In this document: in pieces, positions 7,625 to 10,298 of the stretch
Layout of the letters: every line of letters begins with the position of its first letter
Position numbering within the stretch: position 1 is the stretch's first letter
NCBI GenBank assembly: GCA_038042445.1
Contig: JBBTED010000052.1
Location: 4,506-14,803 of the forward strand
Direction of reading: 5' to 3'
Length of the DNA stretch: 10,298 nt
Origin: Candidatus Firestoneibacteriota bacterium
GTDB lineage: Bacteria > Oederibacteriota > D2-FULL-39-29 > JBBTED01
Made by a program: the position numbers and the translations under genes
Notes under the pieces: generated by a model
Database searches by the model: none
What the model saw: only the letters and a program-made list of their open reading frames with translations
What the model was told of the DNA's origin: nothing

Positions 7625-7652
7625 ATTATACTTAAAAATTCATTGATATAAA
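7625..7652 (-). promoter_or_regulatory. Possible internal promoter giving a near-leaderless DegT transcript
   Basis: Perfect TATAAT (7630-7625) 9 nt before the ATG at 7615; no Shine-Dalgarno; only a weak -35 (TTTATA at 16 bp). The AT-rich context makes chance matches likely. Confidence 0.35.
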
Positions 7653-7676
7653 AGCATATTCGATGCTTCAAAGTCA

Positions 7677-7729
7677 GTAGGGGCTGGCTTGCCAGCCCTT
7701 AATTATTGGGCGGATAAATCCGCCCCTAC
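7677..7729. repeat. GTAG-family REP doublet (REPIN/BIME-like), two inverted REP units
   Basis: GTAG-GGGCTGGC-TT-GCCAGCCC (7677-7698), a 9-bp AT spacer, then GGGCGGAT-AA-ATCCGCCC-CTAC (7708-7729). A GC-rich island in an AT-rich intergenic region; GTAG followed by a hairpin is the hallmark of RAYT-associated REPs. Confidence 0.88.
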
Positions 7730-7768
7730 GCGATATAACGGAAAAAACCCCAAAGACTGCCCCCATTA

Positions 7769-8845
7769 TTATTTAGCTCTATTTTGTGGATCAGTTCTCT
7801 TAATTATTTGTCTGTATATCGTTCTAACAATATTATATAATCCTGTTTTTCTTAATAATAAACAATATATCCATTCTATTATTGATTTAATTTTAAATGG
7901 TGTAATAGGTAAATATTTTCTTAACATTTCCAAACGTCTAAGATAAACCAATATCTCATTATAATCATTTTTATAAATTTTACTGGTTCTATCTGGGATA
8001 AAAATACTTTTTATTTTTTCATTTCCATTTGCGAATTTAAACCCGTTTTTATGCAAAAGATTTGTTAAAGTAGTTAAAGAAAAATGGTATGTATGCGGAA
8101 GCTGAAAATAATAAAGCAAATTCATATCATTATGTATATAAACCATATTCCTAATTCCCGGAACTTCTATATAAAGAATTCCTTTAGGATTCATAATAGA
8201 CAAAATTCGTGATAATTCTTGGTCCGGCTTCAAAAGATGTTCCAAAGCATGAGAAAATATCACTATATCAGGAGACTTTTCTAATGGACATTCAATTAAA
8301 GAAGATATAGAAAGATTAAGGTTATAATTTTTTTTACCAAAAAGAATGTATTCCTCATCTAAATCTATTCCAAAAACCTTACAACCCTGATCACGAAAAT
8401 AAGCTAAAATTCCACCAGTACCACAACCTATTTCTACAACAAATGATTCGTTGCAATTTATAGAAGAATTTTTTTTAATATACTGGTAAATTTTTTGGCC
8501 ATGATAATATTCATCAAAAAATACTTCATTTGTAGGTTTCTCTTTCCCCAAAAGAAGTTTTCTGTGTTCTAATTTGTAAAATTCATTATATGCATCCTGA
8601 TTCATCCGTGGATTGGTTTGTAATAATCCACAATTGCGACATATAACTACAGACATAGGAAGACCAAAACGATCTTTTTCAGAAATTTGTTCAAAATTTT
8701 TGTTTTCACAAATAATACACTGAACCTCTTCTGTCTTATAATGTTCCTGTTTTATTTTAGATTCAATCTGAATTTTAGTTTGTTCCTGAATAGAATTTAA
8801 TTTTATTATTGATTTATTATCATATTTATATCTTGCATTTAACAT
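7769..8845 (-). CDS. Class I SAM-dependent methyltransferase with N-terminal Cys4 zinc ribbon (glycan-cluster type)
   Basis: 358 aa. CIIC...CRNCGLLQTNPR; motif I VVEIGCGTGG; GIDLD; FSHALEHL; GILYIEVP; PHTYHFS. Confidence 0.9.
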   Translation of the reverse strand: MLNARYKYDNKSIIKLNSIQEQTKIQIESKIKQEHYKTEEVQCIICENKNFEQISEKDRFGLPMSVVICRNCGLLQTNPRMNQDAYNEFYKLEHRKLLLGKEKPTNEVFFDEYYHGQKIYQYIKKNSSINCNESFVVEIGCGTGGILAYFRDQGCKVFGIDLDEEYILFGKKNYNLNLSISSLIECPLEKSPDIVIFSHALEHLLKPDQELSRILSIMNPKGILYIEVPGIRNMVYIHNDMNLLYYFQLPHTYHFSLTTLTNLLHKNGFKFANGNEKIKSIFIPDRTSKIYKNDYNEILVYLRRLEMLRKYLPITPFKIKSIIEWIYCLLLRKTGLYNIVRTIYRQIIKRTDPQNRAK

Positions 8846-8857
8846 ATTTTGAAATTT

Positions 8858-10036
8858 TTAAATATTTTTCAATCTATCATATACAAATTGAGCAATCATT
8901 TTTGAAACTCCCCTAACCCCTCTTTTTAAAAGAGGGGGATTAAAAAATACTTTATCAAACATTTCTTTTCTCTGGTTATGGAACTCTTCTGGATGTTCAA
9001 GAGAATATTCTATAGATTCCAACATACTTGGTGTATCCCTGACGATTCTGCCACACTTCCATGCAGAATAAATATTTTTTTCACTTTTTGTATTAAAAAA
9101 TAAAACGGGCTTGTCAAAATACAACCATTCAAACACAGCGCTACTTACATCAGTAATATAAATATCAGCAATTGCCATATAATCCAGATTAATTTTAGGT
9201 CTATTAATAACTGCTACATTTGGAATTTCTTTAGCCAAATTTATCAACTCTGGATATTTTCTGGACAAATCCGGATGTGGCATAAGGATAATATTATATT
9301 TACCAGTGTTAGACAATGACTGAAGTAATTCCATACCTTTATCAAAAAAAGAACTGGAGCTTTTTTCAAAATGAGGATTATACATTATAATTGGCTTTGA
9401 ATCTTTAAATAAATTTAGTGGTTTAGTTTTATGATATATAAAATAATCCAATTTAGAATAACCAATAATTACATAATTATTTAAAACACCTATTTTTTTC
9501 TCCAATTCCTCAACATCCCTTCGTCCTGGAAAAATAACTAAATCATAATCTTTTATATGTAAATTGGATGAATAATACCCTCTATTCTCAGGACCATGAC
9601 CAACAAAAACCCAAAAAGTTTTTAAACGTAGCTGTCTAAAAACATTGTCAAAATAATCAGTAACTATTACTGCTTTAGGTTTATGCATATGCAATCTGCA
9701 CAATAAAACAAATAAGTTTATATTAAAATTTATTTTGTTATATCCAAAATGACGCAGTGAAACAAATTTGATATTATTAGGAATGGAAGACAACTCTTCT
9801 TTTATAATATCTGATGCTTCTTTGCTTGTGCTAAAAATCACCACTTCATATTCTTTTTGTATATTTGAAAGTTCAATGGCAATAAAAATTGAATGGTAAA
9901 TATGATGTATAGATTGATTATAACAAAAATATATTCTCGGAGGTATAGGCTTAAATTTTCTATAAACGTTTAAAAAAAAATCAAGGATTACAGCTCCAAC
10001 ATAAATAATTGTTTTTTTTAGAGATAAATTCTTCAC
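8858..10036 (-). CDS. CDP-glycerol glycerophosphotransferase-family (TagF/TagB-like, GT-B) protein
   Basis: Motifs GHG, GYSKLD (cf. GYPRND), MYNPHF (cf. YAPTW), MPHP, ADIYITDVSSAVFEWLYFDKPVLFF. The ORF-track TTG at 10060 falls inside the promoter, so the in-frame GTG at 10036 is preferred (392 aa); the start is uncertain. Confidence 0.75.
   Translation of the reverse strand: MKNLSLKKTIIYVGAVILDFFLNVYRKFKPIPPRIYFCYNQSIHHIYHSIFIAIELSNIQKEYEVVIFSTSKEASDIIKEELSSIPNNIKFVSLRHFGYNKINFNINLFVLLCRLHMHKPKAVIVTDYFDNVFRQLRLKTFWVFVGHGPENRGYYSSNLHIKDYDLVIFPGRRDVEELEKKIGVLNNYVIIGYSKLDYFIYHKTKPLNLFKDSKPIIMYNPHFEKSSSSFFDKGMELLQSLSNTGKYNIILMPHPDLSRKYPELINLAKEIPNVAVINRPKINLDYMAIADIYITDVSSAVFEWLYFDKPVLFFNTKSEKNIYSAWKCGRIVRDTPSMLESIEYSLEHPEEFHNQRKEMFDKVFFNPPLLKRGVRGVSKMIAQFVYDRLKNI
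8908..8940. repeat. CCCCT-AA-CCCCTCTTT...AAAGAGGGG-type short palindromic element inside the CDS
   Basis: CTCCCCTAA followed by CCCCTCTTTT-T-AAAAGAGGGG (8917-8937, perfect 10-bp arms); translated in frame as NPPLLKRGVRGV. Confidence 0.75.
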
Positions 10037-10049
10037 TTTTCTAAAAATG

Positions 10050-10078
10050 ATTATACACAAACAATTAAATTATTTCAA
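10050..10078 (-). promoter_or_regulatory. Sigma70-type promoter at the head of the glycan-modification operon
   Basis: Minus strand TTGAAA (10078-10073), 17 bp, TATAAT (10055-10050). Confidence 0.7.
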
Positions 10079-10093
10079 CAGGTATCATATGTG

Positions 10094-10298
10094 TGTCAAG
10101 CCAAAGTAGAAATGTCCGCTTTTTAAGTTCCTGACATGACCAAATTACTCTCCTTTTCTGCTTTTTCCTGTGCTAATTTTCTAGCTGTTTCATAATCAAG
10201 CCTTCTTTCATACATCTGTTTTTTAAACGGATGATCCATAGGAGGTCTATGTATTAATCGCAACTTGATAGGCTTTTTTATTTCCTTTTTTGTTGCCG
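10094..10298 (-). mobile_element. Right end of a probable ISNCY/IS1202-family insertion sequence (partial)
   Basis: Terminal sequence TGTCAAGCCAAAGTAGAAATGTCC (10094-10117) begins with TGT and contains the AAATGTC motif I associate with IS1202-family inverted repeats; a transposase-like C-terminus ends 5 bp inside it. The left end is not in the window. Confidence 0.7.
10123..10298 (-). CDS. C-terminal fragment of a probable ISNCY/IS1202-family transposase
   Basis: Frame from 10296: ATKKEIKKPIKLRLIHRPPMDHPFKKQMYERRLDYETARKLAQEKAEKESNLVMSGT*, stop at 10125-10123. RPPMDHPFK matches the P-x-x-D/N-H-P-W/F-K/R tail typical of these transposases. Confidence 0.65.
   Translation of the reverse strand, partial: ATKKEIKKPIKLRLIHRPPMDHPFKKQMYERRLDYETARKLAQEKAEKESNLVMSGT

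Noticed and set aside
7652..7668. Small inverted repeat AAGCAT-N5-ATGCTT upstream of DegT
   Set aside because: 6-bp arms are expected by chance; no supporting context.
7741..7766. C-rich tract after the methyltransferase stop as an intrinsic terminator
   Set aside because: On the minus strand it has G runs and a U tract but no complementary stem; possibly a decayed repeat, unsupported.
2229..7946. Short ORFs 2229-2414, 2766-3053, 3406-3594, 3665-3883, 5645-5830, 6721-6936, 7347-7622, 7689-7946
   Set aside because: They overlap well-supported long genes antisense or out of frame, mostly use non-ATG starts and show no motifs; 7689-7946 starts inside the REP.
9972..10019. A9 (9972-9980) and T8 (10012-10019) tracts near the 5' end of the first operon gene as phase-variation sites
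   Set aside because: A/T runs of 8-9 also occur elsewhere in this AT-rich block (3438-3445, 4139-4146) and the frame is intact; read-level length variation would be needed.
10037..10060. ORF-track TTG start at 10060 for the TagF-like gene
   Set aside because: It lies in the spacer of the TTGAAA-17-TATAAT promoter; GTG 10036 is more plausible.
10040..10093. XerC/D (dif-like) target site next to the IS1202-like end
   Set aside because: Some IS1202-family members target Xer sites, but I see no convincing 11-6-11 dif match such as TTATGTTAAAT here.

Overview
All credible genes lie on the minus strand, in two compositionally distinct blocks. Right block (AT-rich, 2546-10078): a six-gene cell-surface glycan modification operon encoding a TagF/TagB-like glycerophosphotransferase-family protein, a Zn-ribbon class I SAM methyltransferase, a DegT-family PLP aminotransferase, a radical SAM Twitch/SPASM enzyme, a GT4 glycosyltransferase and a membrane-anchored PHP-fold metallohydrolase. 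It is preceded by a near-consensus sigma70 promoter, with the right end of a probable ISNCY/IS1202-family insertion sequence just upstream. Left block (more GC-rich, 1-2545): its own sigma70 promoter overlapped by an 8-bp tandem repeat, then a small ribbon-helix-helix protein, type I R-M hsdM and a RhuM-family gene running off the window. The most unusual feature is the density of palindromic DNA: a perfect 15-bp-arm palindrome inside rhuM, a 132-bp composite of palindromic elements read in frame inside the PHP protein's N-terminal hydrophobic segment (also supplying the upstream gene's stop codon), a GTAG-type REP doublet, and a further palindromic element translated near the C-terminus of the TagF-like protein. 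All calls rest on motif recognition by eye; no database searches were run.
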